This document shows positions 9,901-19,669 of a stretch of DNA of 64,000 bases, in pieces; position 1 is the stretch's first letter; each line of letters starts with the position of its first letter. A program made the translations under genes and the position numbers. The DNA comes from an uncultured Prolixibacteraceae bacterium (GTDB taxonomy: Bacteria; Bacteroidota; Bacteroidia; Bacteroidales; FEN-979): positions 477-64,476 of the forward strand of contig CAYYPH010000001.1 in NCBI GenBank assembly GCA_964473485.1, read 5' to 3'. The notes below the pieces were generated by a model. It did not search any database and was not told the origin of the DNA. It worked only from the letters and a program-made list of their open reading frames with translations.

Positions 9901-12900
9901 AATTTTCCTTTGGATTGGCCGATGCCCAGGAATCGAGACAAAAGGCAAAGAAATGGCGCAGCAGAATCTCCTTTGCTTCAAGGTAACACCCGGGGGTTGA
10001 GATCTCGCCCTCCATCATCTCCTTTGGCTCCTGGTAATAGAACAAATCATGTGCTTTGTTCTGTACGAAATTGGTGATGAGCGCTGAACCGGAAGATCTT
10101 CCCGCCCGGCCGATTCGCTGCATGAAATTGGAAGCGAGCGGTGGGACAGAATTATTAATGGCGGTATTCAGGGTTCCGATGTCGATCCCCATTTCAAGGG
10201 TCGATGTAGCTACAAGTGCATTGAGCGAGTTATACCGGGGCCGCATCTTAAAGTCGTTTTCCATTTTTTCACGATCACCCCGGTTCAGTATGCCTGTATG
10301 CTCTGTTGCATATATCCGTGGCGCCCTTGCCCGGTTATAAATCAGTTGATAGTAATTCAACTCCCTGACTTCATTGGTAGTATATTCTCCCGTACATCGA
10401 TAATTCAGACATTTTGCCCCTTTTGTAACGGTATCGTTAAACCCGACGGATAGTTTTGATGAACATTCGGAGCAAATCAGGTGTTTAACCTTGTTTTGTA
10501 CAAGGACAGAGTCTGGTCTCAGGCAGTAATTATGTTCAGCTCCTTCAGCCGCTTCGTTCAATATTCCTGTGTCACAAAGCAGTTCAAACAATTTCACGAA
10601 GAAATCATTCTGTATAGGATGGTAAGCAGGAGCATTAACAAATGATTTCGTAAAATAGGAATGAAACCAGTTGGCTGTCTGGGTGTTCGTGGTGTCAAGT
10701 AATCCCCGCAGATGAACATTTGATGTTACAAGTTTCGGGAACCTCGATTTGGGATGATACAGTTTGTTCAGGAAGTGTCTGTTATCACGCATCCAGTTCA
10801 GGTCCAACAGTTTCAGACCCTCATTGCGGTATTTTTCCAGGTAGGGATGATCAATGCCTCCCCTGATCCTGATTCGGTGTAAAATGCCGGCTAAGAAAGA
10901 GTGAAATCCATCTTCATCGATCATGCTGAGGTTGTTGTCATCCAGCCACGGTTTAATCTCCTGGAAAATCGCTCTGATTTTTTCCTCCGGGAAAAGAACG
11001 GCGGAGGCTCCGCTCTTTTCCAGTGTACGTCCAATACTCGCATTGAAACCAAATTCAGAAGAAATCTCCCAGGTAATCCTGTGGTCAAATTCATGGCAAA
11101 AATCCCGGGAGAATTTATGCGTTACCGGATCCCTGAAGTCATGGCGCAAATTTGTTTTACCCCGGTAATCCGAAGGGAAGAAACGATAATAATAGGCCTC
11201 TTCATCATCTTTCCCGGCTTCTCCGGTAAACCCCTTCCAGAAACGGATGAACTCCGTCTGAAGCGCTTCAATCGAAACCGTCCGGTTCAAAACATTCAAT
11301 ACCTTTTGAAGTGAGGAACGAAAGGTGAACCGATAATTCCTTGCTTCAATAAACCCGGCCTGGTGAGCTGCATCCTGCACACTATTGGTAAAGGCCAGTA
11401 CTTTCCGGTACTTTTCATCTCTGCTGTCCAGATCCGACGCCAAAATCTGGCTTACGGTAATGGATGAAAGTGTAGCTACGCGGGTTCCGATGATACTGAC
11501 CGTGTTTTCGGTATTGCATTCGGGGCATACATGGCGTGCTTTGCTGTTATGCAGTTTGCGCACTGCGATGATCTTCATCCTGTTCTTCCCATCGGTGTCA
11601 TGAATGGACAAATCCACGGGATCGAGGTAACGGTTGTTCAATAAGTCGGTCGGTTCATATTCGTCCACCGGCTTATGTTCATCCATAGCCGTATTGACAA
11701 AATAGATGTTTTTATGGTTGCTGAAGAAATGGTCATATATGGAAGGCAGATCAGGTTCAAAACTGTTACGGTTGTCATTTTTTAACCCCAGCCATCCGCT
11801 TGCACCACATTCGCGGCAAAACCAGGGAGGCAACGCCTTTGTTTCATCTTTATCTGATATTTTATCCTTCCATGTAAAGGAGGGCTCATTGCTGACCTCA
11901 CGCAACAGGCCACTGAGTTCTCTGATCCAAAGTTGTATCTGCAGGTAAAGGAAGGGAAATTTTTTACTGCCTGGCATTTTTGCCTCCGCGATGAGGGCCA
12001 GCAGGGAGTTCAATACCTCTTCCCGGGGTTTGAGGTCAGATTCAGACCCTATCTCCGGTAGCTTTCTGAACTCACCGTTTCTGTCGGCCAGTTTTTCAAG
12101 CAATTCCTGGATGGATATGATCCCGGCCGATGTCAGGTGAAGAATATCCCTGGTAATCTTCAGCTTTTTAAGTTCATTCCCGAGAATTACTTCATCAACA
12201 GTTTCCGGTATCTGCCATAATTTTTTCTGGCGCCGGATGTATTCCGTGTATTTCTCGTTTGAACCCAACCGGCTCTCGGTTATTCCCGACAAACGCGGAA
12301 TAAATGTTTCGAGTTCCTGTCCGGGTACGGCGAAAAAATCCTCAACCGTGATACGATTCTCAGTAACAATTGAATCCAGGTCGAATGATTCGCCAAACAC
12401 ACCCTGTGCATAACCGGTAAGCAGTTGTTGGGCTCCTTCGCCAGCGCCCATGGTAGCCGAGGTTCCCACCGGGCACAGATACCCCTCCGGAACATTCAAT
12501 TTGAGCTTCAACCGGCGGATGAGGTTGGCCACATCAGTACCCTGCGCTCCGTCGTAAGTATGGAGTTCATCAAGGACCAGAAACTTAAGTAAAGAAGGGT
12601 CGTTTAGATTATGCGTCCACAAATTGTGAAAATCGCTTCGCATCAGGCCATAGTCAAGCATCTTGAAATTGGTCAGCAGGATGTCCGGTGGGCTGTCCAC
12701 AATGGCATTCCGGTTTTCGATGATGTTCGCCGGACCCATATCTTTGGGATACTTCGCTTTATTCTTTCCCTCCCCGATTAACAGTCCGGCTGATATGTTA
12801 CCTTTTAGCCTTTCATCCACCCAGATGGTTTCCGCAAGCCGCTTCGCCTGATCGGTGGCAAGGGCATTCATAGGATAAAGGATGATCACCTTGATCCCCG

Positions 12901-13276
12901 GTTGGTGCTTGTGAAGGAAACAATAATCAAGGATGGGAAAAAGGAATGCCTCCGTTTTTCCCGATGAGGTGCCGGTAGTGATCAGCGTTGGCTGTGGATC
13001 ATGCTCATTTCGGGTGGTAAGCCTCCTGAATGCCTTGATCTGGTGATCGTAAGGAGGAAATCCGGGTTTTATTTCAAGGGGGATCTCTTCGCCATCTGCC
13101 TGGATCACAAAGGGCAATTTTAGTGATATATAGGGGCCTTTGAACAATCCATCCGTGTCATCGTTGATAAATCGCTGAAACGCCATATTCATCTCCCGCT
13201 CCTTGAAGTCAAATGTGGCTTTCAGATACTCGATGATGGAGTATTTTATTTCGTAGGCTTGCTGGAGGGGGAGCAT
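6986..13276 (-). CDS. 2096-aa DEAD/DEAH helicase fused to DUF1998 (MrfA-type Zn-ribbon) plus about 450-aa C-terminal extension; DrmA+DrmB-like or DruE-like
   Basis: Walker A TGTSSGKT (12953..12976), DELH (12560..12571), LVATSTLEMGIDIG and QRIGRAGR. Cys pairs CSHC..CPKC and CRYC. The DUF1998 end signature is PGGTGYL...CSCQHQGMDGCYRC (8387..8428). The C-terminal extension contains SDFY...IAVYLDGYTYHAS...RR, which is DUF559/Vsr-like. Confidence 0.8.
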   Translation of the reverse strand: MLPLQQAYEIKYSIIEYLKATFDFKEREMNMAFQRFINDDTDGLFKGPYISLKLPFVIQADGEEIPLEIKPGFPPYDHQIKAFRRLTTRNEHDPQPTLITTGTSSGKTEAFLFPILDYCFLHKHQPGIKVIILYPMNALATDQAKRLAETIWVDERLKGNISAGLLIGEGKNKAKYPKDMGPANIIENRNAIVDSPPDILLTNFKMLDYGLMRSDFHNLWTHNLNDPSLLKFLVLDELHTYDGAQGTDVANLIRRLKLKLNVPEGYLCPVGTSATMGAGEGAQQLLTGYAQGVFGESFDLDSIVTENRITVEDFFAVPGQELETFIPRLSGITESRLGSNEKYTEYIRRQKKLWQIPETVDEVILGNELKKLKITRDILHLTSAGIISIQELLEKLADRNGEFRKLPEIGSESDLKPREEVLNSLLALIAEAKMPGSKKFPFLYLQIQLWIRELSGLLREVSNEPSFTWKDKISDKDETKALPPWFCRECGASGWLGLKNDNRNSFEPDLPSIYDHFFSNHKNIYFVNTAMDEHKPVDEYEPTDLLNNRYLDPVDLSIHDTDGKNRMKIIAVRKLHNSKARHVCPECNTENTVSIIGTRVATLSSITVSQILASDLDSRDEKYRKVLAFTNSVQDAAHQAGFIEARNYRFTFRSSLQKVLNVLNRTVSIEALQTEFIRFWKGFTGEAGKDDEEAYYYRFFPSDYRGKTNLRHDFRDPVTHKFSRDFCHEFDHRITWEISSEFGFNASIGRTLEKSGASAVLFPEEKIRAIFQEIKPWLDDNNLSMIDEDGFHSFLAGILHRIRIRGGIDHPYLEKYRNEGLKLLDLNWMRDNRHFLNKLYHPKSRFPKLVTSNVHLRGLLDTTNTQTANWFHSYFTKSFVNAPAYHPIQNDFFVKLFELLCDTGILNEAAEGAEHNYCLRPDSVLVQNKVKHLICSECSSKLSVGFNDTVTKGAKCLNYRCTGEYTTNEVRELNYYQLIYNRARAPRIYATEHTGILNRGDREKMENDFKMRPRYNSLNALVATSTLEMGIDIGTLNTAINNSVPPLASNFMQRIGRAGRSSGSALITNFVQNKAHDLFYYQEPKEMMEGEISTPGCYLEAKEILLRHFFAFCLDSWASANPKENSIPGRLIALRIYNTDISSSGFLINRIISFIKAHEVALIQRFRTIFIHEVQPEVLDSIENQLRDESFYFRLRRVFEKLKDEYRTIDLKRKEIDKIIKEKHLGANDDERKELEAEKKALWGLKRLIDRRSVLEHLTNTGLLPNYAFPETGVTLNAWVKGYQAKGSAVPPADEQVEIVRSAEVAIRELAPDNFFYSQGNKLTISGLNTYDWHDPSILLTKRFCSHCDHLADKPMVSENTCPKCGHSSWSSVSNEHKFVKLNAVKSVNIRDKSILDDSNEDRDSSRYVLSTHLNFDRNTFQGAWGMKNIPFGIEYVKSVEITEVNLGRLDAYNARKLSINQLEEIPASGFVTCRYCGKSTSSPKSKDVKFHYGYCKHKDHEYNDQPDEVFEEVFLFRSIKTEVLKVLLPVQEFDNDATINMFKAGLELGLKKYYQGNPEHIRMISYSEFNPQNNRFDRFLILYDKIPGGTGYLGKLFDPAEFTQLIRFAYKAIKECSCQHQGMDGCYRCIFSYSNQYLREALSRSRAEKFFEKLVSNAEAWEVLSHGLSTLSGTGKIEESELEERFIRSLRNTSAKMSSYGWQFEEFVDDGILTYMLTVVNEAYKFNYMIRPQVALGTAQGVRYQTVSDFYISCTGIQHNGFTVEDPEIAESVKRIAVYLDGYTYHASKENQRFLTDLQRRMAIVESADKLTWTLTWDDLELFDKEEKDTLSLDRSRFRNTIQALGRTPHWIKHNSDLIETGNSMGRLLWQLTHPLETDQNRYKIALFFALFQEILARPSFSNEEAEDILALKIPIDPNHEVSEKAKGDFCMISQAISETSLYDARLLIRLRDLNFKSTILIREIPENGLDKEEWQHLWRVYNLVQESCRILFTATSEGKKPGEEKENEDGEVFDYFDPELHPIVKLLIANDVQFNHEGSYFLEDENGVVAEAAIGFTNARIVISPISDLDKKAFENAGFKCVDPVNFTLNMIGL

Positions 13277-13330
13277 TTAATGGTTCTGGTTTTGTTGTTT
13301 CTTTTTTCTTATATAGATATTATGGACATT

Positions 13331-14695
13331 TTATCCTTCATGAACCCCATCAGTAACCTTCCAGCTTCCACCCTTAGCCCCTCCCATTCGCTCGAGTTTT
13401 TGTTTTGCTTTCAGCCGGTTGATGCTTCGCTCAATGGATCGCGTGCTAACTCCCAGCGCAATTGCCAGTTCGGGAATGGTAATTTCATGATTCCTGGAAA
13501 TAAGTTCCAGTATTTTTTCGGTGGTTTTCCCCGACGCTTTCCCCGACGCTTTCCCCGACGTTTTCCCCGACGTTTTCCCCGACGATATTTCCGTTTCCTT
13601 TTTAAACTCAATCACGAAACCGGATAAGTCATAACTGAAGACTGGTGGTGGTAATTGTGCCAATGAGCACTCCCTGAGAATTTTCAGGGTGCCACGGCCC
13701 CACGACTCGATTAATCCGGCACGAAAGAAGGTTGCGGCAATATCCGGATTAAATGGAACCGATGGATGCTTGTGCAACAAATGTTCAACCGTCCAGTTGT
13801 CGGGTAGCTGGCCTTCGTTCCAGAAAATTATACGATCGTCGTAAACACTGATCTGGATGGGATTTCCACTGCTGTAATCCTTGTGGGCCAATGAATTCAA
13901 CAACGCTTCGCGTAAAGCAGCTTCCGGGAATGGATACGATTCAACCCTGGTTATGCCATCATAGGAAATGATTGCTTTCAGATATTTTGTGAGCAGCAAA
14001 TCCATCGTTTTGTCAACCTGTCCGAACAGATGCCCGTGGATTTCGTCCTGGTAAAGCAGTTCATCGTCTGTTCTGAAAAATCCGATTTTGACATATGCGC
14101 CGGTTACAAATTTTTCCGGATCGGGGTGAAACAACAGAATGGCAGCCCTCTTCAGGTAATTTCCTTCGGTTAAATGCAGTTTCTCTATCAATATTCCATT
14201 GTCATCCTGCAACATTTCCGGGCTTAACCTCTTGCTTCGGGAAGCCTTTTGACGGAAGTTGATAAACGCATCTTCACTCAGGTTTGGCACAGAAACATTG
14301 GGAACTGGAACGCTATCCCAGCGCCTGCCCTGTTTTTGCAATAAAAACTTATCGAGGGCAGCTCCCTTTAATTCAAGCTTTGTACTCCCGCTGCGGTAAT
14401 GGTATTGCCCCTTGTAGTTTACCGGGAATGGCTGCGGCTCAACCACAATCTCCAGGTACTCGCGGCCATTTTTCGATTGAAGGTTAACATCAACAACAAT
14501 TCCCAGAATATCCCTCACTTTATTCGGAATGGTTTCGAGTAACTTTCGCGGCTCTGACAAACCGGTTACCATGCCCTTGTCGTTGATGCCGATATAAAGG
14601 GTACCCCCGTTTGCATTGGCAAAACCGCAAATCCACTTTATGTATTCATCCCTCCAGGATTCCTTCCATTCAACATGCTGGTTTTCGGCGCTCAT
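13331..14695 (-). CDS. AlbA_2 (Schlafen-like) + HATPase_c_4 + C-terminal wHTH protein
   Basis: N-terminal ENQHVEWKESWRDEYIKWICGFANANGGTLYIGINDKG is the AlbA_2 signature. The C-terminal ILELISRNHEITIPELAIALGVSTRSIERSINRLK is a wHTH. An (SGKT/A)5 linker sits between them. Confidence 0.7.
   Translation of the reverse strand: MSAENQHVEWKESWRDEYIKWICGFANANGGTLYIGINDKGMVTGLSEPRKLLETIPNKVRDILGIVVDVNLQSKNGREYLEIVVEPQPFPVNYKGQYHYRSGSTKLELKGAALDKFLLQKQGRRWDSVPVPNVSVPNLSEDAFINFRQKASRSKRLSPEMLQDDNGILIEKLHLTEGNYLKRAAILLFHPDPEKFVTGAYVKIGFFRTDDELLYQDEIHGHLFGQVDKTMDLLLTKYLKAIISYDGITRVESYPFPEAALREALLNSLAHKDYSSGNPIQISVYDDRIIFWNEGQLPDNWTVEHLLHKHPSVPFNPDIAATFFRAGLIESWGRGTLKILRECSLAQLPPPVFSYDLSGFVIEFKKETEISSGKTSGKTSGKASGKASGKTTEKILELISRNHEITIPELAIALGVSTRSIERSINRLKAKQKLERMGGAKGGSWKVTDGVHEG
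13529..13584. repeat. 12-bp tandem repeat (ccccgacgcttt / ccccgacgtttt), 4.7 copies, in-frame
   Basis: Read directly from the sequence. It encodes SGKTSGKTSGKASGKASGKT in the minus-strand AlbA_2 gene. Confidence 0.9.
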
Positions 14696-14734
14696 GGGTC
14701 AGTGTATCGTAATGATCTGCAAATGATTCATTGT

Positions 14735-17700
14735 TTATGTGTTATCAAAGACTTTCTCAAAATACCCCCACGCCACCCTGTAATCCTCCACCCGGTCGCA
14801 TTTGTCAAACGGGGCATGGTAAGTTACCTTCCTGCCATAATAAAGCTCGCTTTTGGTGATGGTGTGCTCATAGGTTTTCCCGGCGGGAAGGTTTCGAATC
14901 TGCTCCCACACCAGGCGGTCAACGCCAACCCCATTGAGCCCTTTGCTGCAGGTGAACACAATATTCCCGTTGGTATCATACCAGGTGTCGTCTTCATTCT
15001 GCTGAAGGACCGGGAACTGCACGTTGTAAATCAATATCAGCTCTTCCAGGGTTAATCCCAATGCCATGGCGGTGATCACATCTATCTCCACCAATGCCTG
15101 CCGCCGCTCGAACCAGTTGCGCAGGGGGGTGCCCCATTGCCACTGCGGTGTCAGCGTATCAAAGGGTTTGAGCCGGGGATCGGGCTTGCTCCATTGATCC
15201 CGGTTGAACTCCGACTGGTACATCTCCTCCCAGAGCGGCGCGTAATATTTGTTGAGACAGTTGAGGAGAAGGGTGCGGGAGTATATGTGGTTTTTGAATT
15301 TGATATCGATACCCAGTGGAAATTGTTTGATAATATTATCTGTCAAATTGGAAGCTCCAATTGATTTCAGGAAGAAATCAAGAATTATTGAAGAGGTTAT
15401 CCCGCAAAGCTCAATAACTAAGGCTACATTTTCGAAAACGATAGAATTTATACTATTCAGGTGAAATACTCTGGGAGGCAGAATTACAGGTTGTAATGTC
15501 CTTTCACCAGTAATACTTAGCATACGTGACCAACTCGTTTTAAATACTTCAACCCCACTGCAAGGGTTTCTCTTCTTAAATACCGTGAACCTTTCGGTAA
15601 AATCTTCAATTGATTGTAAAACCTTAAAACTTGTATTTGGAAAAAAATCTTCAATTATTTCAGTAATATCAACTGCATCATAATCGAGATTATTTTTTGC
15701 AGTGGGTCGAATGCTTTTGTAAATTGGGTTACAAACAAAGAAGTTAGGACCACTGTAAACTACAACATTTTCTTTTGGAGAGAAAAACTGAGGCTGTTCA
15801 ATGATATTTTTCTCTCTGATTTCTTTAGCTTGGTCTAAGCCAATCAAAATCTCAAATATGTATTCTGATACTCTCTTCTCAACATTTGCCAGCTTATCTA
15901 ATGCACTTAAAATATCATTTGAGTGAATGCTTACGAGTTTAGTCCCAGAATAATTATCTGAGTTTTCAAAAACCTTTGCAAGTAATTTTAGACTATTCTC
16001 ATTACAATGTAAGATTCTTTTTTTGTGTGGCTGTATATTCCAAGTCGACTTTCCGGTTGCCTTATCCTTTTCTTTAATTCCGCCACAAATACCAGTGCCA
16101 TCATGAATAAATGAACCACTTATTGTGAAAGGATGAAATAAATTATTAATGGAAGAGAAAGAAATTTCCCGTTTATTCCAAGCATAGATGTTTATACCAT
16201 ATGTATTGTGATGGTCTATTTCGGCAAATAGTAGTAACTCATTTTTAAATTGAAAATGATATAAAAGTCTTTTAAATATATTTTGTCGTGCATTTTTTGC
16301 ATTAGGGTCATCGTATATGCTTTCAGGGTGCACTAACCCGATGAGTCCTGTTTTATTTGTAATCCCAAAACTGTTTTCCAGTACATTTTTATAGAGGTTG
16401 TTTTTTTGTCCAATCATAATTGGATAATTCTGACAGCTTCCAATAAAACTTTGAATGCATTCAGCGTTTACTTGCTCATCAATTACTTCTGTTTTAAATT
16501 CATCAAATTTTCTAATAATCTGTTCGCAAAGACTAAACGCATCATCAGTATTAGTTTTACGGATTAATACTTCAGGATAAAGTGTGGACACTAATCCTTT
16601 AACATCAAACAGTATTTCAACCCATGGAGGATTCCCCGCAATCAGATCAAACCCGCCCCGTTCCCAGAAAACATCAAGAAATTCCAGTTGGGGATGAAAG
16701 AAGCGGTATTTTAGGGTTAACTCCTGGACAATTGGGATTCGTTGATTCTGGTCGAAAAAATCACGTTTAACGGAGTAGCGAACAAAGGCTTCATTCACGA
16801 AATTAACGTTATCCACTTCAGTTGCCTCTGCTTCGGGATATTCTGTTACTGTTTCAGGGGCAAGGGTACGATCATCCGTTGGTGCAATTTCGTTCACCCT
16901 GGGTTCTTCCTTTTCCGGTGTTAGCGTAAGCTGAATGGCTACCGGCGCAAACATGTTCAGCTGCACCCCTTTATCATCCCCAAATTCATCCGGTTTGCGG
17001 GAAGTCCGGAGATCAGCGGCTGCTTTGGCCAGGTCAAGGTCGAGAATGTCGGCGATATCCTGCCAGTATTGTTGCCGGGTAGGTAATTCGCCTGCCTCTC
17101 GCATGTCCCAGAACCAAAGGGCGCACCAGTAGTCCATCACCATCTTCAGTTTGAAGTAGGGTGCGTTGTGGCGGTTGCGGTAATCGGCAAGCGCCTCCTT
17201 TTCATGGTAGGTTTTCAGCGCGGTCTGAATCCCTTCCGTTGGCACCCCGAAAACTGACAGGCGGGTATGGGTCTGTTGGTTAATGTGTTGCTGGAACCGG
17301 TAATACTCTTTTATCAACCCGTCAATGGTGGCCGAGATGCGTTGCAGTATTTTGAGTTCCGAAAGCAATATTGGTTTTACCCAATCGCTTTTCCATTCCC
17401 TCACCTTTTTGGCTGCCTCAGGGTATTCGTTTTTCAGCATCGGAATTCCGGCAGAGGCCAGCATATTTTTATCGGGCAACAGAAAATGATAAATCTCCTT
17501 CTCTTTCCGGAGAACGCCTTTTTTACCGATTTCAAGTTTTACAGGCGCCGTTTCCCACCATGCTTTAATGGGTTGCCGCCTGAGTGGTTTTCCTGATGAA
17601 TCCAACTCTGTAAGAAACGATGCGGCAGGATAGGCCTTCAGCCAGGCGCCCACCACCGCGTTGCCCACCCCCAGCCGGTTGCTGAAGAAGGGGGTCTCCA

Positions 17701-19669
17701 TATCCCTGTGGATCACGTTGAGCCATAGGGAGAGTTTGCCCAGCTCGATGGCTGTGGGGTTGATATCGACTCCATACACATTGTGGGTGGCGATATAGGC
17801 CTTCACCTTCTGCAGTTCTTCGCGGTACTTGTTGGGTGGAATCCTTTGGTTGATCTCTTCCTGCCGGTAGGTAAGATATGCCTCTGCCAACTGGTTGATC
17901 ATTTCGTTGTGAAATGCCGCGGCACCCATGGCAGGTTCGAGAAGTTTCAGGTTGAGTAGTTCCAAAGAGTCGATCTCTTTATTATCAAGCCTTTCAAGAA
18001 TGGGCTTCAGGGTATATTTTACCGTACACCGGGTCAGCACTTCGGGGGTGTAGTAGGAGGCCGATTTCTGGCGGTCACGGCCCGATAGGCGATATACAAA
18101 GGTCCCCTTTTTCAGGATCTCCGTTTCGCCGTTTTCATCCTTCAGGATCTCATCCTCGTTGAAGTCGTCGCGCCGCGACCGGGGAACGAGGTAGGTGCCA
18201 TCTTCGGGTTTGCCAGCCTTGTGTACCTCAATGTAATCCTGTTCTGCATAAAAGCCCCGGTAGGCCAGCAAACTTTCATAAACGCTGCCAAGCTGGTTTA
18301 TGCCGAGGTTGGCATAGGATATACGTCCGCGGTTGCGGCCCCGCTGCTCCTTCGACAGGGAGAGGCGGCGGATGATCTCCTGCCACACAAAGTTGCGGAA
18401 TTTCACCTCCCTTAAATGAAGTAACCGGGTATCGTCGAAGTGGGGCGAATCGATGGATCGTACCCTGAAACTCCGGTTTTTTGAATCCTCCTTTTCGCGG
18501 TACCCGGTTCCAAGGAGGTGAAAGAGGCGGGTCAGCGATTCATGGAAGAAGTACCCGTTGCGGCTGCTGTCGGAATACATGGGCACCTGCTCCAGGTCGC
18601 GCAGCATTTCAAGCGAATAGCCTTTAAGGTATGCACTGTCGTTTGTTGGCAGGATATCCAGTTCAATTCGTGATTCTGCATAAAAGATGAAAAGAAGGCG
18701 ATATACAAAGATCAAACATTCCTCCTTCATCGCCTGCTCGAAAAGATCGTTAGTTTCGTCAAATACCTCCCCGGCAACCTGTTTTTTGTACCATAGGGCC
18801 TCGTTGGCCAGCGCTTCCACCGCGTGAATGATGCCTTCTTTCAAATCCCTGGTTACTTCGTAGGCGCTTTTGTGGCTGTCTTCATCCAGTTGGTCCAGCA
18901 AAATCATGTTGCTCTGGTGTGCCAGCGATTCCTTTGCCAGCAGGAAATAGAAGAGCGCATAGGTATTCTTTGACGGGAAGGCCTGGTGTTCGGTAAACAA
19001 CTCTTCGAGGTCGAACTTCAGGTAGCTGCCACGGTCCCACTTATCCTGTTCGAGAAGGAAAACGATGTTCCCTGCCAGTAGCAATATGTATTTTGGCCGG
19101 TTATGTTTGAGCAGGAAAAGAGCCGATACCGCTTCATTGATCTTGCTCGGGGAGATCCTGACGCCTTCCGGGACAGAGAAAATGCGTTCCCATTGTTTAC
19201 GGTGGTAACGCTGGGCCTCGGTTTGCGTCTCCTCGTTCTCCACATTATAACATTGCTCGAAAAGGCTGTCCGGCTCATTTTCTCCCTCCCTGATCATGGG
19301 TTGCATCTCCATGATCATGAGTTGCACCTGGTCTCCCCGGTAAAGGAGGTGCCGTATGGGCAGCGCATCGTGTTCGTTCAGGTGGAAAAGGGAATCGTAG
19401 CTCGTCGGGTTGCCCTGGTAGCCCAGGGCATCAAGCAGAACGGAATGGAATTTATGGGTCTCGTAGATTTTATCCCTCGTGCGCAACCCACCTTCAATCA
19501 CCAGTTGCTTAAACCTGAAATAGGCGGTACTTAACGGCGATATTCGTTTGTTGAATTCCCCCAACTGGTCGCGGGCATACCCGGTTTTATCGATCACCTT
19601 TGCCGGGAAATCCTCGTCGAACCAGGTGGTCGAAAAATAGTCGCCTACATTTTCAATAAATCGGATCAT
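14735..19669 (-). CDS. 1644-aa gamma-class N6-adenine DNA methyltransferase (DrmMI/PglX-like)
   Basis: SASYYTPEVL, motif I LEPAMGAAAF (17912..17941), GVDINPTA, FHPQLEFLDVFWERGGFDLIAGNPPW with NPPW at 16622..16633. The start overlaps the SNF2 stop (ATGA at 19666..19669). Confidence 0.85.
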   Translation of the reverse strand: MIRFIENVGDYFSTTWFDEDFPAKVIDKTGYARDQLGEFNKRISPLSTAYFRFKQLVIEGGLRTRDKIYETHKFHSVLLDALGYQGNPTSYDSLFHLNEHDALPIRHLLYRGDQVQLMIMEMQPMIREGENEPDSLFEQCYNVENEETQTEAQRYHRKQWERIFSVPEGVRISPSKINEAVSALFLLKHNRPKYILLLAGNIVFLLEQDKWDRGSYLKFDLEELFTEHQAFPSKNTYALFYFLLAKESLAHQSNMILLDQLDEDSHKSAYEVTRDLKEGIIHAVEALANEALWYKKQVAGEVFDETNDLFEQAMKEECLIFVYRLLFIFYAESRIELDILPTNDSAYLKGYSLEMLRDLEQVPMYSDSSRNGYFFHESLTRLFHLLGTGYREKEDSKNRSFRVRSIDSPHFDDTRLLHLREVKFRNFVWQEIIRRLSLSKEQRGRNRGRISYANLGINQLGSVYESLLAYRGFYAEQDYIEVHKAGKPEDGTYLVPRSRRDDFNEDEILKDENGETEILKKGTFVYRLSGRDRQKSASYYTPEVLTRCTVKYTLKPILERLDNKEIDSLELLNLKLLEPAMGAAAFHNEMINQLAEAYLTYRQEEINQRIPPNKYREELQKVKAYIATHNVYGVDINPTAIELGKLSLWLNVIHRDMETPFFSNRLGVGNAVVGAWLKAYPAASFLTELDSSGKPLRRQPIKAWWETAPVKLEIGKKGVLRKEKEIYHFLLPDKNMLASAGIPMLKNEYPEAAKKVREWKSDWVKPILLSELKILQRISATIDGLIKEYYRFQQHINQQTHTRLSVFGVPTEGIQTALKTYHEKEALADYRNRHNAPYFKLKMVMDYWCALWFWDMREAGELPTRQQYWQDIADILDLDLAKAAADLRTSRKPDEFGDDKGVQLNMFAPVAIQLTLTPEKEEPRVNEIAPTDDRTLAPETVTEYPEAEATEVDNVNFVNEAFVRYSVKRDFFDQNQRIPIVQELTLKYRFFHPQLEFLDVFWERGGFDLIAGNPPWVEILFDVKGLVSTLYPEVLIRKTNTDDAFSLCEQIIRKFDEFKTEVIDEQVNAECIQSFIGSCQNYPIMIGQKNNLYKNVLENSFGITNKTGLIGLVHPESIYDDPNAKNARQNIFKRLLYHFQFKNELLLFAEIDHHNTYGINIYAWNKREISFSSINNLFHPFTISGSFIHDGTGICGGIKEKDKATGKSTWNIQPHKKRILHCNENSLKLLAKVFENSDNYSGTKLVSIHSNDILSALDKLANVEKRVSEYIFEILIGLDQAKEIREKNIIEQPQFFSPKENVVVYSGPNFFVCNPIYKSIRPTAKNNLDYDAVDITEIIEDFFPNTSFKVLQSIEDFTERFTVFKKRNPCSGVEVFKTSWSRMLSITGERTLQPVILPPRVFHLNSINSIVFENVALVIELCGITSSIILDFFLKSIGASNLTDNIIKQFPLGIDIKFKNHIYSRTLLLNCLNKYYAPLWEEMYQSEFNRDQWSKPDPRLKPFDTLTPQWQWGTPLRNWFERRQALVEIDVITAMALGLTLEELILIYNVQFPVLQQNEDDTWYDTNGNIVFTCSKGLNGVGVDRLVWEQIRNLPAGKTYEHTITKSELYYGRKVTYHAPFDKCDRVEDYRVAWGYFEKVFDNT

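Noticed and set aside
8835-11314. Several 80-137-aa plus-strand ORFs (8835..9230, 10056..10340, 10901..11314)
   Set aside because: All lie antisense within the 2096-aa helicase gene, whose frame is validated by helicase and DUF1998 motifs.
13259-13627. Plus-strand ORF encoding FPRRFPRRFPRRFPRR
   Set aside because: It is the antisense reading of the 12-bp tandem repeat in the AlbA_2 gene. The minus-strand frame carries strong domain signatures.
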